From Alphaproteobacteria bacterium (GTDB taxonomy: Bacteria; Pseudomonadota; Alphaproteobacteria; Rs-D84), in NCBI GenBank assembly GCA_009777955.1, contig WRKW01000001.1, positions 98,255 through 162,254 on the forward strand: a stretch of DNA of 64,000 bases, in the 5' to 3' direction. Numbering within the stretch: the first letter of the stretch is position 1; each line of letters opens with the position of its first letter. Below are positions 47,795 to 56,782 of the stretch, in pieces. The notes under the pieces are model-generated. The model was not told the DNA's origin. It made no database searches and was given only the letters and a program-made list of their open reading frames with translations. A program made the translations under genes and the position numbers.

Positions 47795-47918
47795 ATAATA
47801 CGACTTTGTTCTGTTTTGAAAGTTTTTGCGGACTTGTGAAAATCCGCAGAAAACCTTGCACTTCATCACTTTATCACTATGTGGCTCTACGCTCAACTTT
47901 GCGCTCTTTTGAGTGTGA

Positions 47919-47941
47919 TTGTTGAGTATTTGTTGAGTTTT
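47919..47941. repeat. 23-bp direct repeat (TTGTTGAGTATTTGTTGAGTTTT), left copy; itself an internal GTTGAGT-ATTT-GTTGAGT duplication
   Basis: Identical copy at 55520..55542. Both lie inside the element near its ends, so they are possible integrase arm-type or RDF sites. Confidence 0.6.
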
Positions 47942-47966
47942 TTAAGAATAACATAGGAGATATGCC

Positions 47967-49325
47967 ATGTCAAGAATCGGAATCAGTCTAATAAAAACCC
48001 TTGAATACAAGGACAAAACTTACCGTGTGTGGGATGAATCCTTGAAAGGATTCGGGATTGTAGTCCAAAAGGACTCGAAATCTTTTATAATTCAATACCG
48101 GAATAAATACGGGCGGCAAAAATATCTGACTCTGGGGCGCGTCGGTAAAATCGCACCGGACGAGGCCCGCCGATTAGCCGAAAAGAAGTTCGCCGATATA
48201 ACCTATGAACAAGACCCCGCCGCCCAGCGCCAGGAAGACAAAAATACCATGAGCGTCGACGAAATGTGCGATTGGTATATGCGCGAGGGCACAGGCCATA
48301 AAAGAGAAAGCACTATATCGCACAACAGAAGCGCGATAGACCGCCATATAAAGCCTTTGATAGGCCATTTGTCGATAAAGGAAGTCAATAGCGAAATCGT
48401 CACGGGACTTGTCCGTGATATAGAATGCGGTGATAAAATCCGCCGGAAAGAAAAAAGTGAAAAACTGCGTGGCCGGATTTATGTAAAGGGCGGTAAATCC
48501 GCCGCCTCTCACACTTTGGCGTTTCTGGTGACTATTTTTGAATATGCTATCAAACATGGAAAACTGGAAAAGAATCCCGCGCGTGGAATAAAGCGCGCGC
48601 CGGATAATAAAAAAGAAGTGTTTTTAACTATTGACGAGATTCGTGGCTTTGGCGGCCTGCTGGCATATCACAAGGTGCAAAAAGACCATAAGACCGCCAT
48701 AAATCCCATTAAACTGATATTGCTAACCGGTTGCCGCAAGGGTGAAATAGCAAGCCTTAAATGGGATTATATAGACTGGGAAAAACAATGTTTTTATTTC
48801 CCGATTACCAAGACCACCGGGAAACAAGTCCGGCCATTCGGAAAGGGGGCGCTGGAATTGTTGCAAGAATTACGGCGGCGGCGCGATAACAAATCCCCCT
48901 TTGTATTCCCCGCCACCAGGGAATCCAAGGACGGGCATTTGACTGGGAGCGGATTATACAAAGCGCTTAAAGCAATTTTGAATGTTCGGGACGACAATAA
49001 TAGTTTGATTTTTCAAAAGGCCAATTTTGATATTCATGCCTTACGCCATACATTCGCAAGCATGGGCGAGTACATGGGATATAGCCCTTTGGTTATCGGG
49101 GCCCTACTAGGCCATAAGTCGAAAGGTGTCGGCATAACCGGCCGATATATCCACTTTGTAGATAAGTCTTTAATCGCGGCGGCGGATGATATATCATTAA
49201 GCTTCAAAGAAGCCCTGGCCGGCACTAGCACGGAAAATCTAAAAGGAGAATCACAATGTCAGAATTTATCAGATGTACCATTAAACAAGCCTGCGAGTGG
49301 ATTGCCTTCAATTGGGAGCCATTAG
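47967..49325 (+). CDS. int: Tyrosine-type site-specific integrase (P4-like, with an N-terminal arm-binding DUF4102-like domain)
   Basis: N-terminus …YRVWDESLKGFGIVVQKDSKSFIIQYR…. C-terminal catalytic region with …HALRHTFAS… and a tyrosine near the end (…GRYIHFVDK…). RBS AGGAGA. Confidence 0.8.
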   Translation: MSRIGISLIKTLEYKDKTYRVWDESLKGFGIVVQKDSKSFIIQYRNKYGRQKYLTLGRVGKIAPDEARRLAEKKFADITYEQDPAAQRQEDKNTMSVDEMCDWYMREGTGHKRESTISHNRSAIDRHIKPLIGHLSIKEVNSEIVTGLVRDIECGDKIRRKEKSEKLRGRIYVKGGKSAASHTLAFLVTIFEYAIKHGKLEKNPARGIKRAPDNKKEVFLTIDEIRGFGGLLAYHKVQKDHKTAINPIKLILLTGCRKGEIASLKWDYIDWEKQCFYFPITKTTGKQVRPFGKGALELLQELRRRRDNKSPFVFPATRESKDGHLTGSGLYKALKAILNVRDDNNSLIFQKANFDIHALRHTFASMGEYMGYSPLVIGALLGHKSKGVGITGRYIHFVDKSLIAAADDISLSFKEALAGTSTENLKGESQCQNLSDVPLNKPASGLPSIGSH

Positions 49326-49900
49326 ATTATAATTCAGAAAAATTGCGAGTGCTTGGATATAAAGGAAATGACTATGGTTCAAAAATGGATATTGCGAAAC
49401 ATAAGTTAGCCATAGAAATACAAAAGGGGAAAGTAAAACCATTCTTATATGACGCTAATACGGACGAATTGAAAGAAATCTCAACCGGGCCGGATGTGTA
49501 CATAGGCGACGACTTTACAACAATGAATATACAATATGGCATTGGCGCCGCACTTGAATATTCATATCCTGTTGTTAGTTTGTTAAAATTAAAATCTATT
49601 TTCCCCGGCGGTGCCGTGAATAGTGACTCACAGACAATACAACAAAAAGGCGGCAAAGCTAAATCTGAAAAAATGTATACTCCACTATATAGGTATTGTG
49701 AAAGTGTTTTCGATGAAAAACAAAAACTAGACCATAAGTTGAGCATCCCAAAGATTGCGGATATTATTGTGCAAGCAATGAAAACAGGGGCTTATAAAAG
49801 CTCTATCAGTAAAAAAGATTTAGATAACATGGGCGATACAATATTAGTAAAGTCCACCATTTTGAAAGTGTTGCGTGCTTATAAAAAATCTAAAAAATAA
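49256..49900 (+). CDS. Hypothetical protein (element cargo)
   Basis: 214-aa ORF. The true start may lie internally, since the ORF overlaps the integrase 3' end by 70 nt. Confidence 0.35.
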   Translation: MSEFIRCTIKQACEWIAFNWEPLDYNSEKLRVLGYKGNDYGSKMDIAKHKLAIEIQKGKVKPFLYDANTDELKEISTGPDVYIGDDFTTMNIQYGIGAALEYSYPVVSLLKLKSIFPGGAVNSDSQTIQQKGGKAKSEKMYTPLYRYCESVFDEKQKLDHKLSIPKIADIIVQAMKTGAYKSSISKKDLDNMGDTILVKSTILKVLRAYKKSKK

Positions 49901-50065
49901 TAATTCAACAATCTTTGATTTTCTTTGGTTTTTATGTGTAGTCTGCTAGCACACTATACATTCTCTACAAGCAGAGATTCTTATAATTCACCGTTTTCTT
50001 CCCTATTTTTCGCTCGATGATTGCAAGCATCGGGTTTGCAAGTCATACCAACAACGGAGAACAAA

Positions 50066-50335
50066 ATGACAGATGAAAAACTAGAATCGCGAAAAAACGC
50101 GATTTTGCAAAAGGAGTATTGGACGACGGACGAAGCCGAATTTTACCTTATCTATATAAAGGGCATACATCGAACTTCGGCAAGCCTTCGGACCTATATC
50201 ACGAGAGGCGGGGGCCCGGCACATTTCAAGTGGTCGCGGTCGGTCCGATATAACAAGGCGCTAATCGACGAATGGATTCAAAAAAAATTGTCGCCGGCAA
50301 AAACCCATTCATTAGATAAGGGGGTTGAGGCATGA
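50066..50335 (+). CDS. AlpA/excisionase-like small HTH DNA-binding protein
   Basis: …EYWTTDEAEFYLIYIKGIHRTSASLRTYITRGGGPAHFKWSRSVRYNKALIDEWI… matches the AlpA/MerR-type phage transcriptional-regulator pattern (…wR…dIdeWi). RBS ACGGAGA. Confidence 0.45.
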   Translation: MTDEKLESRKNAILQKEYWTTDEAEFYLIYIKGIHRTSASLRTYITRGGGPAHFKWSRSVRYNKALIDEWIQKKLSPAKTHSLDKGVEA

Positions 50336-51213
50336 ATCAGATTCTAATTGACGCATTGCAACAACACGGTATACCTGCACCGGACAGGACTTTGAAAGAT
50401 TCGGGCGTTACCCGCTGGGGTAAAAATTCCCGATATTGGGCCGTTCGGCTCGACCGCTATAATTGGGTTTTTGGTGATTTTTGTTCTGGTATTCGCGCCT
50501 TTGTTTTTCAAAACAACAAGACGGAAAGAACGCCGCAACAAATTGCAAAATTACACCAAAGACTTCAACAAGAGCAGGCGCGCGAACGTGAACGGATAGA
50601 GAATCAATATAATTGTAAGGCGATAATCGCACAACGCGATTTTGATTCTCTGCCAGTGGCAACACCGGCTCACCTATACCTTGCCCGGAAGCAAATCCAG
50701 CCTCACGACGCAAGGTATCAAGCGGAAAGGGATGCCTTGAAAATCCCACTATACGACACGGATGGCAAATTATGGAATTTGCAAACCATTACGGCAGTGG
50801 GCGAAAAGCGATTTTTGCCAGGTGCCAGAAAGAAAGGTTTGTTTTTCCAATTCGGTGAAACCGAAACTTTCGGCCTAGTCATAATTTGCGAAGGCTGGGC
50901 GACCGGCGCCAGTCTGCACGAAGCGACACAGTTGCCTGTCTTTGTGGCCTTTGACGCTGGCAATATCGCACCCGTGGCGGAATCTCTGGTCAAGAAATAC
51001 CCAAAGCACAGAATTATAATCGCGGCGGATAATGATTGGGAGAAAATCCCAAACACGGGCCGCGAAACTGCTATAAGGGTCGCGCGCCAATTCGGGCTTT
51101 CGGTGATAATTCCATATATCACGGCGCCCGGCGCGTCCGATTGGAATGATTTGCATTGTGCCTATGGCCTGGACGAAGTCCGCCGCCAATTTACAAAAGG
51201 AGAAATAATATGA
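50332..51213 (+). CDS. Toprim-domain primase-like protein
   Basis: …FGLVIICEGWATGASLHEA… and …RIIIAADNDWEK… carry the conserved E and DxD of a Toprim fold. Its start overlaps the previous stop. Confidence 0.5.
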   Translation: MNQILIDALQQHGIPAPDRTLKDSGVTRWGKNSRYWAVRLDRYNWVFGDFCSGIRAFVFQNNKTERTPQQIAKLHQRLQQEQARERERIENQYNCKAIIAQRDFDSLPVATPAHLYLARKQIQPHDARYQAERDALKIPLYDTDGKLWNLQTITAVGEKRFLPGARKKGLFFQFGETETFGLVIICEGWATGASLHEATQLPVFVAFDAGNIAPVAESLVKKYPKHRIIIAADNDWEKIPNTGRETAIRVARQFGLSVIIPYITAPGASDWNDLHCAYGLDEVRRQFTKGEII

Positions 51214-52190
51214 AAAATGAAAACAACATGCCCGAAGTGGCAACCTTTAATTACAATATCTATACAGCTGATGAATTGCTGGCATTAAAATTGCCGCCAA
51301 GAGAATGGTTCCTATACCCGCTTATTCCGCAAAAAGGCATATCCATTATATGCGCTGAACGCGGGGCCGGAAAAACTTATTTCGCTTTGGCGATTGCCTG
51401 TGCGGTTGCATCTGGCTTTGGGTTCTTAAACTTCACGGCAGAAACTCCACGCAAGGTATTATACATTGACGGCGAAATGGACGGGAGCGAAATTCAAGAA
51501 AGATTAAATCGGCTGATTGTCGGTTTTAGAACCGAAGACAAGATTGTAAAAACTGAAAATTTGAGTTTGTTTTGTAGCGATTTTCAAGGCGACAATCCCA
51601 TGCCGGATTTAGCAACGCAAGAAGGCAGAGAACGGCTGGAGCAAGAATTAGAAGGTGTAGATTTAATAATTATTGATAATGTCCATTTCCTTTACACGGC
51701 AAAAGATGAAAATAGTTCCGGGACTTGGATTGATTTCAATCGTTGGTCAAGAGAGCAGCGCGGGAAAGGTCGTTCAGTCCTGTGGGTTCATCACACGGGC
51801 AAAGACCCCGAAAAAGGTGGTCGTGGGTCATCTACAATAGAAACGCTGATGAATGCGTCCTTGACTCTGATAGTTCCCAAAGACCACAGGCCGGAAAATG
51901 GCGCATTTGTATTCACAAAATATACAAAAATGCGCGGGGCGACAGGTCAGTCGGTAAGAGGTATTTATACAAAACTCATTTCTTGTGGTGAACTTAACCC
52001 GGTTGGCGAGCAAATGGGATTAAAATGGGAAAAGGCGGAAGCCCCCCAAAGCGAAGAAATAGATGATATTATCAATTTTTTGAAAGAGGGTAAAAATGCC
52101 AAAGAAATAGTTGATATTACGGGAGCATCCAAAACCAAAGTATATGAAGTTAGAAAGAGATACAAAAGAGCAGAAAAATCAAAAGAGTAA
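51210..52190 (+). CDS. RecA-like AAA ATPase (AAA_25/RepA-like helicase-loader type)
   Basis: Walker A ICAERGAGKTYFA and Walker B LIIIDNV. Start chosen at MKNENNM, which has an AAGGAGA RBS. Confidence 0.55.
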   Translation: MKNENNMPEVATFNYNIYTADELLALKLPPREWFLYPLIPQKGISIICAERGAGKTYFALAIACAVASGFGFLNFTAETPRKVLYIDGEMDGSEIQERLNRLIVGFRTEDKIVKTENLSLFCSDFQGDNPMPDLATQEGRERLEQELEGVDLIIIDNVHFLYTAKDENSSGTWIDFNRWSREQRGKGRSVLWVHHTGKDPEKGGRGSSTIETLMNASLTLIVPKDHRPENGAFVFTKYTKMRGATGQSVRGIYTKLISCGELNPVGEQMGLKWEKAEAPQSEEIDDIINFLKEGKNAKEIVDITGASKTKVYEVRKRYKRAEKSKE

Positions 52191-52304
52191 TGCTGCTATA
52201 TGATTTTCCCATTTTCCCGCATATATAGTGGCGGGAATTTGGGAAATTTATAATTGCTTTTTTTGTTGATTTATGATAGAATGCCAGAGTAAATAAAGAC
52301 ATAG

Positions 52305-52335
52305 AACCCCGGCATTAGCCGGGGTGTTTTTGTTT
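52305..52335 (+). terminator. Rho-independent terminator (CCCCGGCATTAGCCGGGG + TGTTTTTG)
   Basis: Strong GC hairpin and T-run after the ATPase gene. Confidence 0.55.
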
Positions 52336-52659
52336 TATCTACTTTTTATTCGGATTCGAAAAGCTTTTTTGCCATAATTTTTGGCATACAGCTTTTTGCC
52401 GCGAACGGTTATCGATTTTACAAAAATATAGTAATAACCGGCGTCTGAATCCAAGCGGGGGGTATCGCTCATGGCGAACTCCTTTTTTGGGGTTGCCCAC
52501 AAATAACTCGTTCAATTCTCGCGAATTTGACAAGCGCCCCAAAAAAGATTATAATTGTCAGTGTTTCCGCATATAATCTCTCATTGGGAATCCCAGCAGT
52601 GGGTTTCTCTGAGATATGTGCACGAAAGGTTGTTATTCCACTAACAACCTTTCAATTTT

Positions 52660-53217
52660 TTAAATTTCCTTTCTTAATCTGTCCTCTCTTGCTTGGGCTG
52701 CAGATGCGGATACTCCGAACAAAGCTTCCATTTCCTTCGCTCTTTTCCCACGTGCTAATTCCGCAGGCATCAACAATTCCGCAGCGAATGTATCGGCTTG
52801 CCATTCTGAATCGCGATATGCTGGTATTTCGGCATTAACATTGTTTCGCGCGAAGACAGCATCTCTTTTGTGGTCCAAAAAGATATGGCCTAATTCATGG
52901 GCGATTGTGAATCTCGCTTGAGGGTCATTTTCGCAAGCTTTGTCGTAAATTTCCTGGCTTATACAGATTGATTTTCGTTCTGGGTCCGTAAAAGCCCATT
53001 TGCCCTGCATACTTGGGTCAGACCCATCAACGACCATAAAACTGTATTCTTCAAATTCGCCTGTGCCGAGTAAATCTAAAATCGATGTAATCGGACAAAA
53101 CACCCTAAAATCACTGAGCGCTTTGGTAAATTTTTCTCTGAACGATTGCGCGACTGCCCTTATATTTTTGATAGACCTTGGACTTACTGGCGCGCCCGCT
53201 CTCCTAATTTGAAACAC
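52660..53217 (-). CDS. ImmA/IrrE family metallo-endopeptidase
   Basis: HELGHIFLDH (HExxH) in a ~185-aa protein. Overlaps the upstream XRE gene, the classic ImmR/ImmA arrangement. Confidence 0.6.
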   Translation of the reverse strand: MFQIRRAGAPVSPRSIKNIRAVAQSFREKFTKALSDFRVFCPITSILDLLGTGEFEEYSFMVVDGSDPSMQGKWAFTDPERKSICISQEIYDKACENDPQARFTIAHELGHIFLDHKRDAVFARNNVNAEIPAYRDSEWQADTFAAELLMPAELARGKRAKEMEALFGVSASAAQAREDRLRKEI

Positions 53218-53605
53218 TGCTATCTCCTTCTGCTGCTTTGTTGAGAATTTTCAACAGTTGCTTCCTTTCTTGTTCCGTCAAATAGTTTGCTTTTCTAGCG
53301 AATGAAAACGCAAGGTCATCTACCCCCTGTTTGGGGTGGTCAATGGTAAACCGTATCGAGGGCTTTCCAGTCGCTTGTTGCTCTCTGGTTTCCACGATTT
53401 TTTGCATCAATTCGCTTTTTTGCTCTGACGACAAGTTGTAAACAGAAGTTAGTCTGTCAAAAAAGCTTACCGGTGTTGTCTTGTTTCCTGTTTCTATGGC
53501 CGACAGGAAGGCCGAAGATACCCCTATTTTTTTTGCCATGTCGTACAACCTGATACCTTCGGACAGTCTAAATATTTTTAGCCATTTCCCAAGTTCTGTG
53601 TACAT
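53204..53605 (-). CDS. XRE-family HTH transcriptional regulator (ImmR-like)
   Basis: LKIFRLSEGIRLYDMAKKIGVSSAFLSAIETGNK HTH_3 pattern. 133 aa. Confidence 0.6.
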   Translation of the reverse strand: MYTELGKWLKIFRLSEGIRLYDMAKKIGVSSAFLSAIETGNKTTPVSFFDRLTSVYNLSSEQKSELMQKIVETREQQATGKPSIRFTIDHPKQGVDDLAFSFARKANYLTEQERKQLLKILNKAAEGDSSVSN

Positions 53606-54068
53606 TTTTCATCTCCTTTGTTATTGTAAAGAGCACAGAATCATACGATTCGATTTTCTTTACATGTCTATCGTAACAAATATTTTAGATAAAATCAACC
53701 ATAAAGTTAATTTAATTCCTTGCGGTTAATTTGAAGAGTTGGGCTTGTACTTTGTGCCCCATATTAACTTTTTTGCTAGTATTTTTTTGCCAGCCCGTTT
53801 ATAATTTCGCTGAATCCATCGGGAGTGGGTTCGGGTCCTTCAAAAGACTGCATCTGAGTGGTAGCCTAAAAACTGCTGCAATCCCGCCGCAATAAATAAG
53901 CACCCCCGGTGCGCTGTTTGTTGCACCCCCGCCAGTATGGTCGGGGAGCCGCCGGTACATAGAACAGGGCTTGCCCGAAAACTGGCGGGGTCATACTCAG
54001 ATGTGATTTTTTGAACTCCCCGACCACCAATTCCCTTTGGTGGTCTTTTTTACACAAAGGAGAATCTT

Positions 54069-54785
54069 ATGAGAAAACTTTTTATTGTTTGCGGCCTGTT
54101 AGTGGGTGCACCAGCATTTGCATATCAATCGCCTTACTATGGCGACTATCAGCCTAATTCACTTAACGATTATTATACACGTGCACCACAACAAGACTAT
54201 TACCAACAAGCTACAAAAGCGACGCAAAAAACCATTACACCTGAAACAAGAGATGGATTTATTGGATTGAAATTACAAAAAAGTTTAGGAATACATTTTG
54301 GAGGTGAGGACAGCCAAATGAAGGGCGAAAAGCCGTTTGGTATAAGCGCAAGCCTTGGAAGCAGGATTAACCCATATGCAAGCATTGAAGGCGAAATACA
54401 AGCCGCCGGTGGAATGTGGGCAGAAACAAGTTTAGCTCGTGCCGAAGTTGCCGCATATTCCATAATGTTCAATGGATATTTCGATTATGAAATAGTTCCG
54501 GGATTTTCCCCTTATGTGGGCGCCGGCCTTGGATTAGGAATCATAAATACGGCAGTAAAGGTTGAACTTCTGGATATTGACGATTCTATGACAACAATGG
54601 GGCTGTCTTATCAAATAATGTTCGGGCTTAATGTCGCACTGTCTGATAGATTCGGGCTAAATATCGGATTCAGATATCAAGATTTCGGGGAAGGCGAAAG
54701 TACCTTAGTAGGAGAAAAGGCCAAAATGGAAGGAACCAATAAAGCATTTTATGCAGGTGTCGCATATAAATTCGGATGGAAATAA
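54069..54785 (+). CDS. Outer-membrane beta-barrel protein (OmpA-like 8-strand / porin family)
   Basis: Signal peptide MRKLFIVCGLLVGAPAFA, alternating amphipathic strands, and C-terminal YAGVAYKFGWK ending in an aromatic residue. Confidence 0.5.
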   Translation: MRKLFIVCGLLVGAPAFAYQSPYYGDYQPNSLNDYYTRAPQQDYYQQATKATQKTITPETRDGFIGLKLQKSLGIHFGGEDSQMKGEKPFGISASLGSRINPYASIEGEIQAAGGMWAETSLARAEVAAYSIMFNGYFDYEIVPGFSPYVGAGLGLGIINTAVKVELLDIDDSMTTMGLSYQIMFGLNVALSDRFGLNIGFRYQDFGEGESTLVGEKAKMEGTNKAFYAGVAYKFGWK

Positions 54786-54786
54786 A

Positions 54787-55134
54787 ATGGGCGTATTTTT
54801 TTCTGTTCTTTTGGCTTTATTAGTTGTTTTTGTGGGGCTGCCAATGGTATTTGCTATCCTACGTGCCATTTATGAAGGCATAACAGAACCGTCGCCAGAA
54901 GAATATAGAAGAGAGCAGTTAAAAGAATGGGGGTTTAGCAGCGAAGAAGAATATCAGGCCCGCCAAGCTGAATTGAGAAAAGAAATGGTAGAGTTCAAGA
55001 AGCGATGTGAGGAGGAACGTGAACGACTCACACGGGAACACCAAGAGTGGTTAAAAAACAAGAGCCTGGAAGAAAAAGCAGAATATGATAGGATTGCTGC
55101 CTATTTTGAAAATGTGACAAAAAAAGATGAGTGA
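54787..55134 (+). CDS. Small membrane-anchored coiled-coil protein, hypothetical
   Basis: MGVFFSVLLALLVVFVGLPMVFAIL TM helix followed by an E/R/K-rich helical region. Confidence 0.4.
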   Translation: MGVFFSVLLALLVVFVGLPMVFAILRAIYEGITEPSPEEYRREQLKEWGFSSEEEYQARQAELRKEMVEFKKRCEEERERLTREHQEWLKNKSLEEKAEYDRIAAYFENVTKKDE

Positions 55135-55519
55135 ATTTTTATAGCGCGGATTTTCTAGGGGATAGGGTGCCCTGTTATCGACGCTTTGAACTTTAACTAC
55201 CCCCTACCTTTGAAGTCGAATCATAACGCATGGCCCTTGAATTGACGCGCGCGACCTGGCGGGTTTTATAGGTGCGCTTTGGTGGCCCTAGATATCATTT
55301 GATATCAGTCTGTTATCATTTTGTGGCACGCAATGGCAAAAAAGATAGGCTTAAGATATTTCGGGCAGTTTTTATATATCAAATAAAAAGAAAATCATAG
55401 TTTTTGCGATTTACGGAACACCATAACATCCGCGGGTTTGCGCGGTTTTTGCTTGACTATTTTACATCAAAATGATACACTCTTAATCATAGAGTTTCAT
55501 ATATATAAAAGTGATGAAG

Positions 55520-55542
55520 TTGTTGAGTATTTGTTGAGTTTT
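55520..55542. repeat. 23-bp direct repeat, right copy
   Basis: See 47919..47941. Confidence 0.6.
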
Positions 55543-55587
55543 ACGAAATCGCAAAAATCAACAAACCTCTGAAAGCCGCAGAAACAT

Positions 55588-55664
55588 TGGTCAGGGCGAC
55601 TGGAGTCGAACCAGCGACCCCTTGCACCCCATGCAAGTACTCTACCAGGCTGAGCTACGCCCTG
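55588..55664 (-). tRNA. tRNA-Pro (anticodon GGG)
   Basis: Reverse complement folds as CAGGGCG-TA-GCTC-AGCCTGGTA-GAGT-A-CTTGC-ATGGGGT-GCAAG-GGGTC-GCTGG-TTCGACT-CCAGT-CGCCCTG-A-CCA. Confidence 0.85.
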
Positions 55665-55704
55665 ACGCAGCACTATTTATACAACTGCATGTATTAAAAG
55701 GCAA

Positions 55705-55730
55705 GAATAAAATCCCGCCGTGGCGGGATT
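55705..55730 (-). terminator. Rho-independent terminator after rpsI (ATCCCGCCACGGCGGGAT + TTTTATT on the minus strand)
   Basis: Hairpin plus T-run immediately downstream of the rpsI stop. Confidence 0.6.
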
Positions 55731-55735
55731 TGTTG

Positions 55736-56311
55736 TTAACGCTTGCTGTATTGTGTGCTGCGACGAGCCTTTCGGTAACCATAATGCTTGCGTTCCACGA
55801 TACGGCTGTCACGGGTCAAGAACCCGGCTTTTTTCAGCGCACCACGTGCGTCCGGTTCAATCAGGGTCAGGGCTTTTGAGATACCGTGTTTTACGGCACC
55901 TGCCTGGCCAGAAAGTCCGCCGCCGGATACAAATGCACGAACATCATATTGGCCATCGCGCTTTGTCACACCAAACGGTTGACGCAGAATCATCTGCAAC
56001 ACAGGGCGTTTGAAATAATCCGCCATCGGAATTTCATTGATTATTATTTCGCCTTTGCCCGGTGCGATATATACACGTGCCACGGAATTTTTGCGCTTTC
56101 CGGTCGCATAAACCGTGTTGCTTTGTTTTGTGATTTTATCACCGGTCGCAACGGATTTTGCGGACACTGGTTTCTTTTCTATTGTTGGTTTTACCACAAT
56201 TGCCTTCTTCTCGGCCGCCTTGGGCGCGACAGTTTTCTTTTCGGATGCCGGTTTTTTTTCTGCGGCGGACTTGGCGGTTGTTGTCGCTTCTTTTTTCGCT
56301 TTTTCTACCAT
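55736..56311 (-). CDS. rpsI: 30S ribosomal protein S9 with a ~60-aa Lys/Ala/Glu-rich N-terminal extension
   Basis: Core …[20 protein letters not shown]…[19 protein letters not shown]…[12 protein letters not shown]. No internal start codon sits closer to the core. The ATG lies 3 nt from the rplM stop. Confidence 0.8.
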   Translation of the reverse strand: MVEKAKKEATTTAKSAAEKKPASEKKTVAPKAAEKKAIVVKPTIEKKPVSAKSVATGDKITKQSNTVYATGKRKNSVARVYIAPGKGEIIINEIPMADYFKRPVLQMILRQPFGVTKRDGQYDVRAFVSGGGLSGQAGAVKHGISKALTLIEPDARGALKKAGFLTRDSRIVERKHYGYRKARRSTQYSKR

Positions 56312-56314
56312 TTT

Positions 56315-56782
56315 TTAAGCCCTTTTGTTTTTTGAATTCATCGCGCCAAAATCTATGACTGTCGGATTTTGTGCAGAGTGTTTATGTTCTGACCCCGCGT
56401 ATATATACAGATTGCCAAGGCGTTTGTCGGCAAGTGCCACTGCCGAACGGCGGCCTATCATGCGTTTTACTGCATTAAATATCAGTTTTTCGGGTTTTTC
56501 CTGGCGCAGTTTACCAAGAGTGCGCTCCTTGATCCCGCCGACCCAACCGGTATGCCAAAAGAATTTTGTCTTTTCCGCTTTTCCGCCGGTCAGCGCGATT
56601 TTTTCTGCATTTATGATTATTACATTGTCGCCACAGTCCATATGGGGTGTATATGTGGGTTTGTGCTTTCCACGCAGGATTGTCGCGACATACGCCGCAA
56701 GACGACCCAGCACGATATCGGTTGCGTCGATAAGGATCCATTTGGATTCCAGCTCGCGCTGTTTAAGTGATTTGGTTGCCAT
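56315..56782 (-). CDS. rplM: 50S ribosomal protein L13
   Basis: MATKSLKQRELESKWILIDATDIVLGRLAAYVATILRGKHKPTYTPH… matches the canonical L13 N-terminus. Confidence 0.85.
   Translation of the reverse strand: MATKSLKQRELESKWILIDATDIVLGRLAAYVATILRGKHKPTYTPHMDCGDNVIIINAEKIALTGGKAEKTKFFWHTGWVGGIKERTLGKLRQEKPEKLIFNAVKRMIGRRSAVALADKRLGNLYIYAGSEHKHSAQNPTVIDFGAMNSKNKRA

Larger units (their letters stand above)
47745..55664. mobile_element. ~7.9-kb integrative element (P4-like or satellite/integrative island) in tRNA-Pro
   Basis: Bounded by the intact tRNA-Pro(GGG) and a 50-bp direct repeat of its 3' end. Carries a P4-type integrase, an AlpA-like gene, a Toprim primase-like gene, an AAA_25-like ATPase, and an ImmA/XRE pair. 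Confidence 0.7.

Noticed and set aside
47639-47896. 85-aa minus-strand ORF
   Set aside because: Spans the att repeat (partial tRNA-Pro) and intergenic DNA, so coding is unlikely.
52339-52542. 67-aa basic ORF in the element's 470-bp intergenic region
   Set aside because: No RBS, and it overlaps the rho-independent terminator of the upstream operon. The region is more likely origin or regulatory DNA.
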